Shown: positions 52,319 through 64,000 of the stretch, piece by piece
Layout: the number at the start of each line of letters is the position of its first letter
Numbering within the stretch: the first letter of the stretch is position 1
NCBI GenBank assembly: GCA_012295275.1
Contig: CM022677.1
Span: 4,712,001 to 4,776,000, forward strand
Length of the DNA stretch: 64,000 bases
Reading direction: 5' to 3'
Source: Chrysomallon squamiferum
Taxonomy: Eukaryota; Animalia; Mollusca
Notes under the pieces: generated by a model
What the model saw: the letters and a program-made list of their open reading frames with translations, nothing else
Databases searched by the model: none
Told to the model about the DNA's origin: nothing
Made by a program: the position numbers and the translations under genes

Positions 52319-52880
52319 GCTGTGTAAGTTGTGTTTGAATCATTTCACTGGTTGCTGACATGTAATTCTGTAGACAACAGCTGTGTAAGTTGTATTTAAA
52401 TCATTTCACTGGTTGCTGACATGTAATTCTGTAGACAACAGCTGTGTAAGTTGTATTTAAATCATTTCACTGGTTGCTGACATGTAATTCTGTAGACAAC
52501 AGCTGTGTAAGTTGTATTTAAATCATTTCACTGGTTGCTGACATGTAATTCTGTAGACAACAGCTGTGTAAGTTGTGTTTAAATCATTTCACTGGTTGCT
52601 GACATGTAATTCTGTAGACAACAGCTGTGTAAGTTGTATTTAAATCATTTCACTGGTTGCTGACATGTAATTCTGTAGACAACAGCTGTGTAAGTTGTGT
52701 TTGAATCATTTCACTGGTTGCTGACATGTAATTCTGTAGACAACAGCTGTGTAAGTTGTATTTAAATCATTTCACTGGTTGCTGACATGTAATTCTGTAG
52801 ACAACAGCTGTGTAAGTTGTATTTAAATCATTTCACTGGTTGCTGACGTGTACATCTGTAGCAGAACAGACAACAGCTGT
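52319..52880. repeat. 61-bp minisatellite, ~9 clean copies
   Basis: Direct observation. Confidence 0.95.
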
Positions 52881-54089
52881 GATATGTTTACTGCAACACT
52901 GACCAGGTTGCCAGCTCGAGATCTGAAATAGAGAAATGAGCTGTCATAGAATATATCAATAGATGTTATTGCTGCTGAACTGGAAACAAAAATATTATTA
53001 TTTATTTATTTACTTTTTGGTTTCAAATCCCAAAATTACTACAAATACTGTGCTATCAGTTTTTACTCTGAAAATTAGAGGTACTGAGATCCTATGTCCA
53101 AATTACAGTTTTAATCTCAATATCACTTTTAACCTCTTCTTATGTTAAGGAATCCAAATTTAGCTCTCCAACTCAATTTTCTAAATTTTAGTTTGAAATA
53201 CATGTTTAAAACATGAACATCTTTAAATCTTATTTACCAGCTCTCTCTCTGTCATCTGTTCTTTCACCAATTTGACTGCATAAAGCCTTTATATATTCAG
53301 AATATTACAAGTGGAATCTAAAATCCTGAAGTTGAATCAAAGTCAATGAATATTAATTAGATCTTTTTAAATATGTGAAAATATATAAAAGTGTAGTACG
53401 TTAAAATGTTGTTGTAGTAATAAAAACATCCATATTAAACTGTATTCAAGTTAGTGAAATGTAACAAAACATTAAGAACTTAAATCTAAATTGTACCTGT
53501 AACAGAAGAATGTATATATAAATTAACAGAGAAAGACAGAGAAATAAAATCAGACAGCCATACAAAAATACAGATCAACAGACAGAAACAAATAAGAAAG
53601 ACTAAAAAAAAAGTCAGATAGAGAGAGAACAATAACCAAATTAAAAACTGAATATTTACCGCAAGGATTTCACTTTCTGTATTGTCGACGTATGTTTTCA
53701 GTTCTTCCTTTAGGAGACTAGTAAGTTTTCATTTTGAGTTGTCACCTTCATCTTTTGAATGACCTTGTCAAAGTTTTATCAAAAAAGGCAAAAGCTTTGT
53801 TAAAAAACCTGAAACAACAACAACAACACCAATAATAATAATAACAATTACATCATCTTTATGGACATTGGTATGGCCGTATCATGGTGAAAATGAGAAC
53901 TGAGGCATGAAACTCAACTGACTCACTTTCTGTCACTCTAACCACTCTCTGTTTCTCTCTGTCTCTATCCTAATCTCTCTAGATTTTATTTTATATTTAC
54001 CTTTTGACAAAGTTTCCAAGTTTGTTCAGCTGCTCAGTTATTTTTTAAAAAGTCTTCCTTTAAAAATACAGATCCTAAAACAGAGCTAA

Positions 54090-54810
54090 TTAACTCTTTC
54101 ACTGTTAACTAACAAGTTCATATCAGTAATAGAAATAATGATTTCTGAGTTAACTTTCACTGTTAACTAACAATTTCATATTAGTAATAGAAATAATGTT
54201 TTCTGAGTTAACTTTCACTGTTAACTAACAATTTCATATCGGTAATAGAAATAATGTTTTCTGAGTTAACTTTCACTGTTAACTAACAATTTCATATCAG
54301 TAATAGAAATAATGATTTCTGAGTTAACTTTCACTGTTAACTAACAAGTTCATATCAGTTACAGAAATAGTTTCCTGATTTAACTTTCATTGTTAGCTAT
54401 TTTATATCAGTGACTGAAATAGTGTTTTCTGAATTAACTCTTTCACATTAGTGATAGAAGTACTGTTTACTCTTTCATTGTTAACTATTTTATATCAGTG
54501 ACTGAAATAGTGTCTTCTGAATTAACTCTATTTTATATCAGTGACTGAAATAGTGTTTTCTGAATTAACTCTTTCACATTAGTGATAGAAGTACTGTTTA
54601 CTCTTTCACTGTTAACTATTTTATATCAGTGACTGAAATAGTGTCTTCTGAATTAACTCTTTCACATTAGTGATAGAAGTACTGTTTACTGTTTCACTGT
54701 TAACTATTTTATATCAGTGACTGAAATAGTGTCTTCTGAATTAACTCTTTCACATTAGTGATAGAAGTACTGTTTACTGTTTCACTGTTAACTATTTCAT
54801 ATTAGTGAGA
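54090..54810. repeat. 58-bp / ~106-bp minisatellite
   Basis: Direct observation; reverse complement of 26710-27318 with different copy numbers. Confidence 0.9.
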
Positions 54811-55524
54811 GAAATGATGTTTTCTTGTATGCAGGAAACTAGTTAAGAAAAAACAGTAAAATAAATGAGTAAATAAATATTTGAAATGAATTAAAAAATA
54901 AAATAAATAGCAGACAAAATAAAATAAAAGTAAATATAAATATAAATAAAGTATGGTACAGTGAAGTAAATGCAGGGAAAGTTAAAATTGTTGAGACAGA
55001 AATAATATTTAAAAAATTATCAGATACACACACAAACTCTCTATCATTGACACAAACATACACACAGACAAGACCTTTATATTAGCTAAGTTTTCATCTC
55101 CTGCAATGCTTAACAAAATAGATTCTACACAAAACATTTGATAAAAATACTGTAAAAGTCTTTACATACCTCTCCTCATCTGTTCAGTTCACCAGAACCC
55201 ACAGTGTATTTGAAAGCAGAAACTGAGTCTTCATATATTCAGGTTACTAATGGAATCTCCAATCCTGAAGATGAATAAATGTCATAATTAGATGTCTTTA
55301 AACATGTCCAAATGTACACAAGTGTAGTTAAAATTATATTGTATGTATATTAAACATCCATGCTGAGCTATATTCCTGTGACAAAACATTTTTCAAGATG
55401 TAAATCTTAGTTCTACCTTTAATGGAGGAATACACGTATAAACAGACTGAGGGACACAGACATGTAAATAAATAAAACTATAGAGATTGGTAAACAGAGA
55501 AAATGATGTAGAAGTAAAGAGATC

Positions 55525-55582
<58 letters not shown>

Positions 55583-56599
55583 ATAAAAAATCATATTGAT
55601 AATGAGATTCAGACAGAAAGAGAAAGACAGATGGGAAAACAGACACATTTCATTTCAAATAAGAAACATCTAACAAACCCTGAAATAATAAAAATTAAGA
55701 ATGAAAGTAAAACAAAATATTTTTTTTCGATTTACTTTGCCTCTTCTATGTTGTCAGTTTATGTTCTGAGTTCTTGGTTTATGAGGTTTACTAATTTGTC
55801 ATCTCCAGTTGTCAGCTTCATCTTCTGAATGATGCTGTAAGGAAGATCAACACTGTGTTAAAAACATGAAATTAGAAAAACAAAAAATATTAACATCTTC
55901 CTTATGATGACAAAGAGGAGAATTCAAGTATCAGACTGAGCCTGTTTTCAAACTGTGTTAAAAACATGAAATTAGAAAAACAAAAAATATTAACATCTTC
56001 CTTATGATGACAAAGAGGAGAATTCAAGTATCAGACTGAGCCTGTTTTCAAACACACTTACACGTCGACTTTTTGAAAACTTGCTGTTTTCATAATTCAG
56101 ATATTCTAAAATTAAACAATGGATTTCAAGCCAGAACAATCTGAATGTATCTGAAATACTGTCACAACTTCTGTATGGAATATTACACAGTTTTTATCCC
56201 AAAAATGTATGTCTGAAAGGGTTAAAAATCAGTCTGAATATAAACATTTTAAAGGAAGTTACTTTTCTTATTATTAAACTTTTCTGTGCTGAAGTAAGAA
56301 CTGGCATGTAAGTTAAAGAATAATTAAATAAATATAAAAGAAATAAAACAGTAAATATAAATAAATAAATAATTATTTTATTTTAGTTTTTTTTTAATTT
56401 GTATTGTAATGTAGTTTGATATTAGGTGTTAAATAACTGAAAAGATTAAACATTTTATAGAATATATATTAATGAAAACAAACTTCAAGACTAATCTGTC
56501 AGTATATTACTACACATTTTCTTTTACCTAATCACTAAGAACTTTAACTAGATGATTCTAAATCTTACACTACTGTTACCAGAATCTTCTTTGTATGAC

Positions 56600-56890
56600 C
56601 AATATGCTGAATCTTCCTCCACAGTGATTGGGCACTGCTGAAAAAACATCTCCTTGAACTCTTTCACTGCTGCACTGGAGACAGCTTTCTCAAAGTCAGT
56701 TTAGATAATCTGTGGCTTCAAATTGAAGTTTTTTTCTGCTTCAATCTTCAAGAGTTGAAAAACTGAGACATACGTAGCTTGAGTCTTGTTTGGAAGGAAC
56801 ATGTAAACAAGAGGGTATGTGATGTCCTGGAATTCTGCATGAAGAGTGTAAAACCAGTGTTTCATATCACAGACTCTTAACACCTGCTTC
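56600..56890 (-). mobile_element. Mutator/MULE transposase fragment (duplicate of 24640-24935)
   Basis: FYTLHAEFQDITYPLVYMFLPNKTQATYVSVFQLL... Confidence 0.85.
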
Positions 56891-59882
56891 AATGTGATAT
56901 GATGAATTACCTCCCTTTTTCTTAGTTCACCAGTCTGAGTGTACTGGTCTCCATGGAGATTGTACCTGTCAAATACAGAACTGCTACCTGTACAAGATGT
57001 TCATAATCTTGAAATAATTTACAATTTATTAATTTCATCAAACAAACAAAAAATATAAATAAAGAAATAAAGAAAGAAAGAAATATTATTATTTCGTTGA
57101 TTTTGTTTCTAGTAAGAAATAGTGCATCCATTACCATTACAAGTTAATAAAATACTTAAATAAATGTGTGGATTTTTTTTTGTTGTTTAAGAATATAAAA
57201 CAGTTCATTCACAGAAGTAAAGTTTGCATTTGTATGGTTATCAAAACAACATAATGAAAGTATTCAGTAAGGTTGCTAGTAATTTTCTAGTCACAACCTT
57301 TTATATCATTTTATTTACATTGTTGCAAAAGACAGAAAGAATTAAAAAAATATATTTTTAATTAAAACATTAAACCTTTTATTTCTGATGAAATGAAATA
57401 TCATTCCCTGAAAGAGATGTAATACGGGGAACTATCACAACTAAATTTGCTGCAGAATTAGAAACACATAACAACATTTCTAGGAAATCCACATTTCCAT
57501 TAACAAGGCCAGAGATCTTTCTGTGACATCTTTGAAAAGACCAAGAGTTTCCAGGTATGTCCATATAATCAAGAATTATCACTGAACATTAAATAAAGAA
57601 AATACAAAAATAATGTAGCTTTAATTATAAAACAAGAGCACACACACATACAAGTTAACTATTTGACTTTCACTTTTCTTATAAATGTAATAAAAAGTTA
57701 GTGTAAATTAAAATATTCAAAATATTCAAAATTATAAAATTATTTTGTAAAATAAATATTTATTTTTAATCATCTGTTTTTCATTGTGGACATATTGTTT
57801 CTGTGTTTCCTTTCCTGAATGTCTGTAAAGTTGGCTTTGATGATGTACATTAAGAAATTCATATAAGTTCGTTTTGTCATTTGTTCTTAGATTTTTCAAA
57901 ATACTTTCTTTCAATTCAGGTTTAATCTGCATTTTTAAAGCTAGTTTAAACATCATAGTTTATAAGAAAATTTAAACTTTATAATATAAATATGCCAATG
58001 GGAAATGTTAATTTAAATATGCCAGTTAAAAGATGCCTGTTTAAATATGCTAATTTAAAAATATTTTTTATTCATTTAAATTCTTGTATATATCTAGAAA
58101 TGATGAGCTTAAAATAATCATTTTTAGAAATTTATGGATTAAAACAGGAAGTTTAAGGTTAGGAACATCAACAAACTAACATACTAAGTCTGATACTAAA
58201 CTTGAAATTACTCTGTGTTTTCTACATTTCTCTTCACAGTTGTGTCTACATTTTATCTTTTACATGAAGCAGTGAATGAATGAGGCAGGTAGAGTGAATG
58301 GATGAGTGAATTAATAAATATCTGTATAATTGTCAAACCTGATTTCTATTTATTTATTTTGATTTAATGTTGTTAAAAATTAATTATAATGAAAATAAAT
58401 TTGCTGGTACAGGGCTTGTTTTGTTTCTTTTTTGTTTTTTTAACAATTTCAGTTTGTTACTCACTGATTTTCAATGTTAAACATTCTCTTAAGTACTGAA
58501 TACAAAATTATTAACTAGTATAAAATGATATTATAATGCCTAGTAAATACTAAATTTGGGTTATTGTACCAAAACTATATAAATAAATATTCCTCACCCT
58601 GTAATTTAATAAAGCTTGCTAAAAAAAATAGGTGATAAAAACAAAAAACAAAATAATTTGAAATATTTATTTCAACAAGAAAACAACAAAGTTTATCACA
58701 TAATTTTAGAAAATTTAGAAAAGCATGATATAAAATGTTTCAAATTAAAAAGTATTTAAAATATATCTTAAGGTTCTAAAGATTTGTGCTATAAACACAA
58801 AAATGCCAAGATTTCTGATTTATCAATAAAAGTTTATGATAAAATATACAACATAAAATGAAAAACAAGACATTTGTTTACAAAAACTATAAAACTTAAT
58901 AAATAACTTGACAGATAATGTAACCTGAAATTAGTAATTAAGAACATTTGTAATTTCTGATTTTAATCTTCCAAACAAATATATGGCATATATAGGTTTA
59001 CACAACTGATTCCATTTTATGATTTAACAAACTTTTATAGGGTAAATCTTTACCAGAACTCTTGGTATTCTGTTATTTTATGCTTCAGTTACATGATTAA
59101 GTACATTATTTTTTTTTTTTAAATTAAAAATTAAAAATTAAAAAAAATTAAATTATCTCCCTTGAACCATTCATTTTTAATCCGAAGTGTGTAGTTTTTT
59201 TTAAAGCAGTAATCAAGGATTTCTAACATTAAATGATTTTTACAAAATAATTTCTTTTTTTCACAGACTTGACTGTACTTGGTGCTGTGTCTGGTACAAA
59301 CATTCTGTGTACATCTGATTTCATCAACAACACTGTGACTGAGTCTAAAACCATGTCACATTACACATTCTTCAGTAAGAACAGTCCATGATTCACACTA
59401 GTAATGTTTTTAAAATGTTAGTTTGGTGTGGAACTTTCTAAACTCAGTTTTCTCCAGTTATTCAGTTTTTCGTGTTTACTGTGGAGATGTTTCATCTTGT
59501 GTTTACTTAGTTCAGTACAGAAAACTTGACAAGTCATTTAGACTCAGTGGACATCAGTTCTTGTAAATAGCTTTCTATGGTGTCTGAAAAGTAAAATATT
59601 ACATTTTTTTAACAACAACTGCTACAATTTTATATTTTTTCATTTGAATCTGAAGTAATATATGCAACCAATAACAAGTACAGTTAATTTAACTGAAATA
59701 AAATAAAGTTTAAGTTTATTTATTTAAACATTTCTTGTTGCACCTCTATTTTTAACAGTCTGTGGAAATGTTCTGCTAGTCTGTTATTTTGTAAAAAATA
59801 CAGAAGTTTACAATTTTTGGGGTTCATAATAATCAACAAAAATGCCAAGCTGCGTGTTTTTCAGTTTTGTGGTTAACTTGTC

Positions 59883-60050
59883 TTACCCTCACCCCAAACT
59901 CTGACCCCTAACCCTAATCCTCAAACCCTTTGACCTTAATCCTTAACCCCGAACACTAAACTATAACCCCTATCCTTACCTTTAACAGACCCCTAATCCT
60001 AACCCAAGCCTAACCCTAAACCTTACCCTTACCCCTAACTCTGACCTCAA
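59883..60050. repeat. Degenerate (CCCTAA)n interstitial telomere-like tract
   Basis: acccctaaccctaatcc...cctaaccctaaaccttacccttacccctaa. Confidence 0.7.
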
Positions 60051-61874
60051 ACTTGCTATAATTTTACTCAGGAAAGTAAATAAATTGAATTTAAACTTAC
60101 TAACTTTCCTTAGAGAGATGGATAGATAGATATATATAATATTTACTATCTTATTTCCATTGTTATACATTCTTTCTTACTTTTAATTTTTTTTAGGACT
60201 CTTTAGATATATTGGTATTACATTTCAACAACTGAAGCTTAAAACATTGTAACTTGGCCAGAAATAGGAGGACTACGTTCACCTAAAACATTGTGTTATT
60301 ACTACTAGTATATACAACTCATATCTGTCTCCTATCTTGTAGATCTGATGTTACACTGGATTTCTCCTGAATGTCAGATGAAGTAAGCAACACTGACAGT
60401 TACTGTGTTCACTCGTTACCTCTTTGTACTGGAACAAACAAGTTGAAGATAATTATTTAAATAGTGGTAACTATGAGATAACAAAAGCCAGTGATAACAC
60501 TGTTTACCTGTAGCACTTTCCATTCATTAACAGCAGTTAACAGAGTATGTTCTTCAGACTGGTAAATGAAGCTTTATCAAACAGTTTTTTACTATAAATG
60601 TTGAAAAATTAAGACAAGAGTTGGATAGAGAAAAATGCCTTTATTCTTAATTTCACTAAACTATATGAACAAAGAAAAGAACAAAAAATTATTTTCTTTG
60701 TAATTTAAAAAAAAAAAAAAAAAAACATTATCATTTTGAATTTCTGAAAAAAAGGAAACATCTACTGGAATAAAAAAATGAGAAAAAAGACCTGAACTTA
60801 TTAAATAAAATGAAATTAGTCTGGAATACGGAGTTAAACAGTGAATAGATTGCTTCATGTTTATCAGCAGCATTACTCTTTAATATGTTTTGAAAGTATA
60901 ATTTAATATTTCAACATGAATTATGTGAAAATTAATGCATATTACTGCTCAGTATTTCTTTGAAAGGTTTATTTAATATTTCACTTCATTTCTGTGAATT
61001 TAAATGTTCGTGTTGTCATCTCAGTTCAGGTGTCACCACAAGAACATGGGCAGGAAACGTTTTTTATTGATAATTTCAAGTTAAAATGCCTCAAAGAAAG
61101 TAATGTGTACCAATTATGAGAATTTTCTCTATTTATATGCAAATCAGTTTTTTTAATGTTTCCAGTAGACAGCTGGTTTTTTTTGTTTTTTTTTTTTTTT
61201 GTTTTTTTTTAACTTAAAAATGTGTATGTGCACATGTGAAAGAGCACTAAAATTTTGCTTCTGATTGTATAAAAATATACTGGTGACCTCAAGAACACCA
61301 ACCTTGTACTTTGAACAAAACAAATAAAAATACTATAAATATAAAATACAGTGTAACTAGCATCTTCAAATGCCAACTTTTAAAAAAAAAGCAAACAGTT
61401 CACAAACATGCAGAACCTATGTTGTTCAGTAAACAAAGATTTGTATCTACAAAGATGAATAAAAATAAAAACTCCTCTGATACATGTATTAGTCAAAACT
61501 GTGTGTATAGATGAAACACATTCACTCATACTTGAACAAATCTTCTTTCACTGGTGAACAATCACCAAAATTTTGATTCTGATTGTACAAATATATACTA
61601 AAGTCTTTGAAAAAAACAAATAAAAATACTGTAAATATTAAATACAAATAGCATAACTAAAAAAAAAATACTGTAAATATTAAATACAAATAGCATAACT
61701 ATTTATATAGTAAATATTTCAAAAATTTGCATCAAACATCTACCAAGAATAAAAAAAAAAAAAATGATTGAAAACTACTGATGCAAAATAAAACTGTATG
61801 TCTAAATATAACTATAGATGAAACACTAATATGAGTTTTCACTTATACTTTAACAAATGTTCTAACTTTCACTG

Positions 61875-62326
61875 TCAATTGTTGTAATATTGGTATCCAC
61901 ACAGAGGAAGTTTTTGAGGGTTGAGATAATAAATTTGGTATCCACACACAGGAGGTTGTAGAGGGATGAGACGATAAGGTTTGTATCCACTCACAGGAGG
62001 TTGTTGATGGATGGAATGATAAGTTTGGTATCCACTCACAGGAGGTTGTTGAGGGATGGAATGATAAGTTGGGTATCCACTCACAGGAGGTTGTTGAGGG
62101 ATGAGACGATAAGTTGGGTATCCACTCACAGGAGGTTGTTGAGGGATGGAATGATAAGTTTGGTATCCAGTCACAGGAGGTTGTTGATGGATGGAATGAT
62201 AAGTTTGGTATCCACTCACAGGAGGTAGGTGTGGGATGGAATGATAAGTTTGGTATCCACTCACAGGAGGTAGCTGTGGGATGGAATGATAAGTTTGGTA
62301 TCCATGTGCTCCAGGATACTGAGGAT
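61875..62326 (-). CDS. Terminal exon: 45-bp / 15-aa repeat low-complexity tail
   Basis: tttcag|AT CCT CAG TAT...; 150 open codons to the stop at 61875; coincides with ORF 61875..62264. Confidence 0.8.
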
Positions 62327-63876
62327 CTGAAACATAAACACAATGTAAAATCTAAACAATGTTCTTTCAGCTGATTAAATGTCTGTATGCTTTTAATACT
62401 AATTTGTATATGTCTTTGTCAGGTTAATGTAATTAGTAATTCATATTGTTTTAAGTATTTTATCAACAATAAATTTCTGCTTAGATGATGTTTATTCATT
62501 TTACTTATTAACTAAAGATATATCTGAGCAATCAGAACTATGAAAAAATATATTAAAACCAGTTTTCAGGGAAGAGTTGAATTGAAAAATACTTTTAGAA
62601 CTTATTTCAAGTTAAATTTAGACCAATTGTTCTAATATAAAGTTTACAGAAAGAAAACTAATTGTTACTTTGAAGGATATTCCAAGGAGAGAACATCCCA
62701 GCTGGTATTGGGTAGCGAAGTGAACTGGAAGCACTCGGATCTTCAAGTGAACTGGAAGCACTCGGGTCTTCAGGTCGACCTGGATACACGTAGTTCTCAG
62801 CACCTGGGCACAAATCATATAATTAAAAAATAAATCTACACTTTACTGATTACTGCTTGTACAGTCATACAATTAAAATTAAATCACATCACTGTTATAT
62901 ATCAAATCAGACAGAGCCCTAAAATAAAGTACACAGATTAGAAATACATTAACTGCAGGCTAGGATAACCACATGCATCTGAAATTACAGAACATTAATT
63001 TTAATTATTTTAAAATAAAAAAATAAAAGATAACGGTCTTTATTAACTGGATTCGAAGATGTTTTAATCTCAAGTACTGATTAGTACTTAATGCTGAAAC
63101 CATAGATTAGTAACTATGTTCATATTAATAAATTTTGATAAACCTGGAAAGCAAAGGAATAAACAAACTGAGATGTACAAAACCCAGTTTCAGGGCAATA
63201 GTGAAGTATGTCTTTAAAAGAAGCATAAATAAATAAATGATCAGTGTGCAAGTCTTACATACATCAAAGAAGTGAGTACTCACTGTTGAGTCTGAGACAT
63301 GCAAGTGTTACATACATCAAAGAAGTGAGTACTTACTGTTGAGTCTGAGACATGCAAGTGTTACATACATCAAAGAAGTGAGTACTTACTGTTGAGTCTG
63401 AGACATGCAAGTGTTACATACATCAAAGAAGTTAGTACTTACTGTTGAGTCTGAGACATGCAAGTGTTACATACATCAAAGAAGTGAGTACTCACTACTG
63501 CTCACTCCCAGAGATGCAAGGACGTGCTCTGCTGCACAGATTTCTGCCTCCTCAATTGTGTCACTCGGTTTATCCGGACAAAATGTTTTTCTCAGACCTG
63601 GAATTGTCACCTGAAAGAGAAGAACGTTATTTCTTTGTACACAGACAGTGCTTCTTTTATTTGCTTTTTAGTTTAAAAAATACTGTTTTTACTGTTTGTT
63701 TAGAAAGTAAGAAATCAAGGATGTGTACATTATCAGAGAACATACAGCCATCCTCAAGTAGCACAAACCTGGAAAATGAACGACTGTTTTAAATCAGCAG
63801 CTGTCCCAAGGTTTACAGAAAAAAGCTGGTAGACTGGCTTTCCCCACAGATTTTTCTCACACACTTCATCCAAGAG
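61875..63876 (-). CDS. A1CF: A1CF/RBM46/DND1-family dsRBD protein with a Tyr/Gln/Pro-rich repeat tail, right copy (5'-partial); exons 63876-63769, 63610-63496, 62803-62669, 62326-61875
   Basis: Four GT-AG exons (108, 115, 135, 452 nt) splice into one open frame: LLDEVCEKNLWGKPVYQLFSVNLGTAADLKQSFIFQ|VTIPGLRKTFCPDKPSDTIEEAEICAAEHVLASLGVSS|SAENYVYPGRPEDPSASSSLEDPSASSSLRYPIPAGMFSPWNILQ|NPQYPGAH(GYQTYHSIPQQPPVS)x~9.5*. Confidence 0.85.
62669..62803 (-). CDS. 135-nt phase 1-1 linker exon, present only in the right copy
   Basis: tgcccag|GTG...CAAA|gtaaca; open frame; internal 27-bp duplication (EDPSASSSL x2). Confidence 0.7.
63496..63610 (-). CDS. A1CF: A1CF-like dsRBD exon 2, right copy
   Basis: Open frame with the EEAE..AAE..L..LG C-terminal helix motif; canonical splice sites. 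Confidence 0.88.
63769..63876 (-). CDS. A1CF: A1CF-like dsRBD exon 1, right copy
   Basis: Open frame LLDEVCEKNLWGKPVYQL; canonical splice sites. Confidence 0.88.
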
Positions 63877-64000
63877 CTGTAAAAAAGTGACAGTTAAAAA
63901 TCAGCTCATTTGAGACTTTCAGTTTGACTGGTAATAGTTATTTTTATAATCCAAAGAGCAAAAGCACCACAAGTGGTGAATATGTAATCATTTGAGACTT

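Larger units (their letters stand above)
50997..57725 (-). repeat. Inner inverted-duplication block, right arm, including a minus-strand copy of the 3' part of the decayed gene
   Basis: Reverse complement of 23440-30956, lacking the mariner element and ~290 bp (23590-23876). Confidence 0.97.
61230..63990 (-). repeat. Outer inverted-duplication block, right arm
   Basis: Reverse complement of ~9440-12100. Confidence 0.95.

Noticed and set aside
57732-57956. Minus-strand ORF faintly like a death domain (FKLALKMQIKPELKESILKN...LYEFL)
   Set aside because: The similarity is too weak to support without a profile search, and there are no clear splice sites.
59883-60050. Possible true telomere or chromosome-fusion site
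   Set aside because: Short, highly degenerate and single orientation; such tracts are common within invertebrate repeats.
61843-62374. Alternative-frame repeat ORFs (WIPNLSFHPSTTSCE; plus-strand GWNDKFGIHSQEVV)
   Set aside because: A 45-bp repeat is open in several frames; splice phase from the upstream exons selects the GYQTYHSIPQQPPVS frame.

Overview
This is AT-rich (roughly 30% GC) animal genomic DNA, probably from an invertebrate such as a gastropod mollusc, with GT-AG introns. There are no prokaryotic features, rRNA/tRNA genes or CRISPR arrays. The window is organised as a large, patchy inverted duplication. Homologous blocks at ~9.4-12.1, 23.4-31.0 and 31.9-32.8 kb reappear reverse-complemented at ~61.2-64.0, 51.0-57.7 and 43.3-43.9 kb, roughly centred on a 200-N scaffold gap (41071-41270). 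The outer blocks carry two convergent copies of a gene encoding the A1CF/RBM46/DND1-type dsRBD. The right copy (minus strand, 5' part beyond the window) is intact over four exons and ends in ~9.5 Tyr/Gln/Pro-rich 15-aa repeats. The left copy has an in-frame TAG, has lost one exon to a 48-bp minisatellite, and keeps only ~2 repeats. The strongest signal is that the introns of the two copies are ~98-99% identical while the two dsRBD exons differ at ~15% of bases, almost all amino-acid-changing, which points to diversifying selection. The rest of the window holds decayed genes (ankyrin-like, TSP1, acidic repeat exon), hAT, MULE, Tc1/mariner, pogo and Gypsy fragments, and many mini- and microsatellites. 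All counts were made by hand and family assignments are from remembered motifs, not searches.
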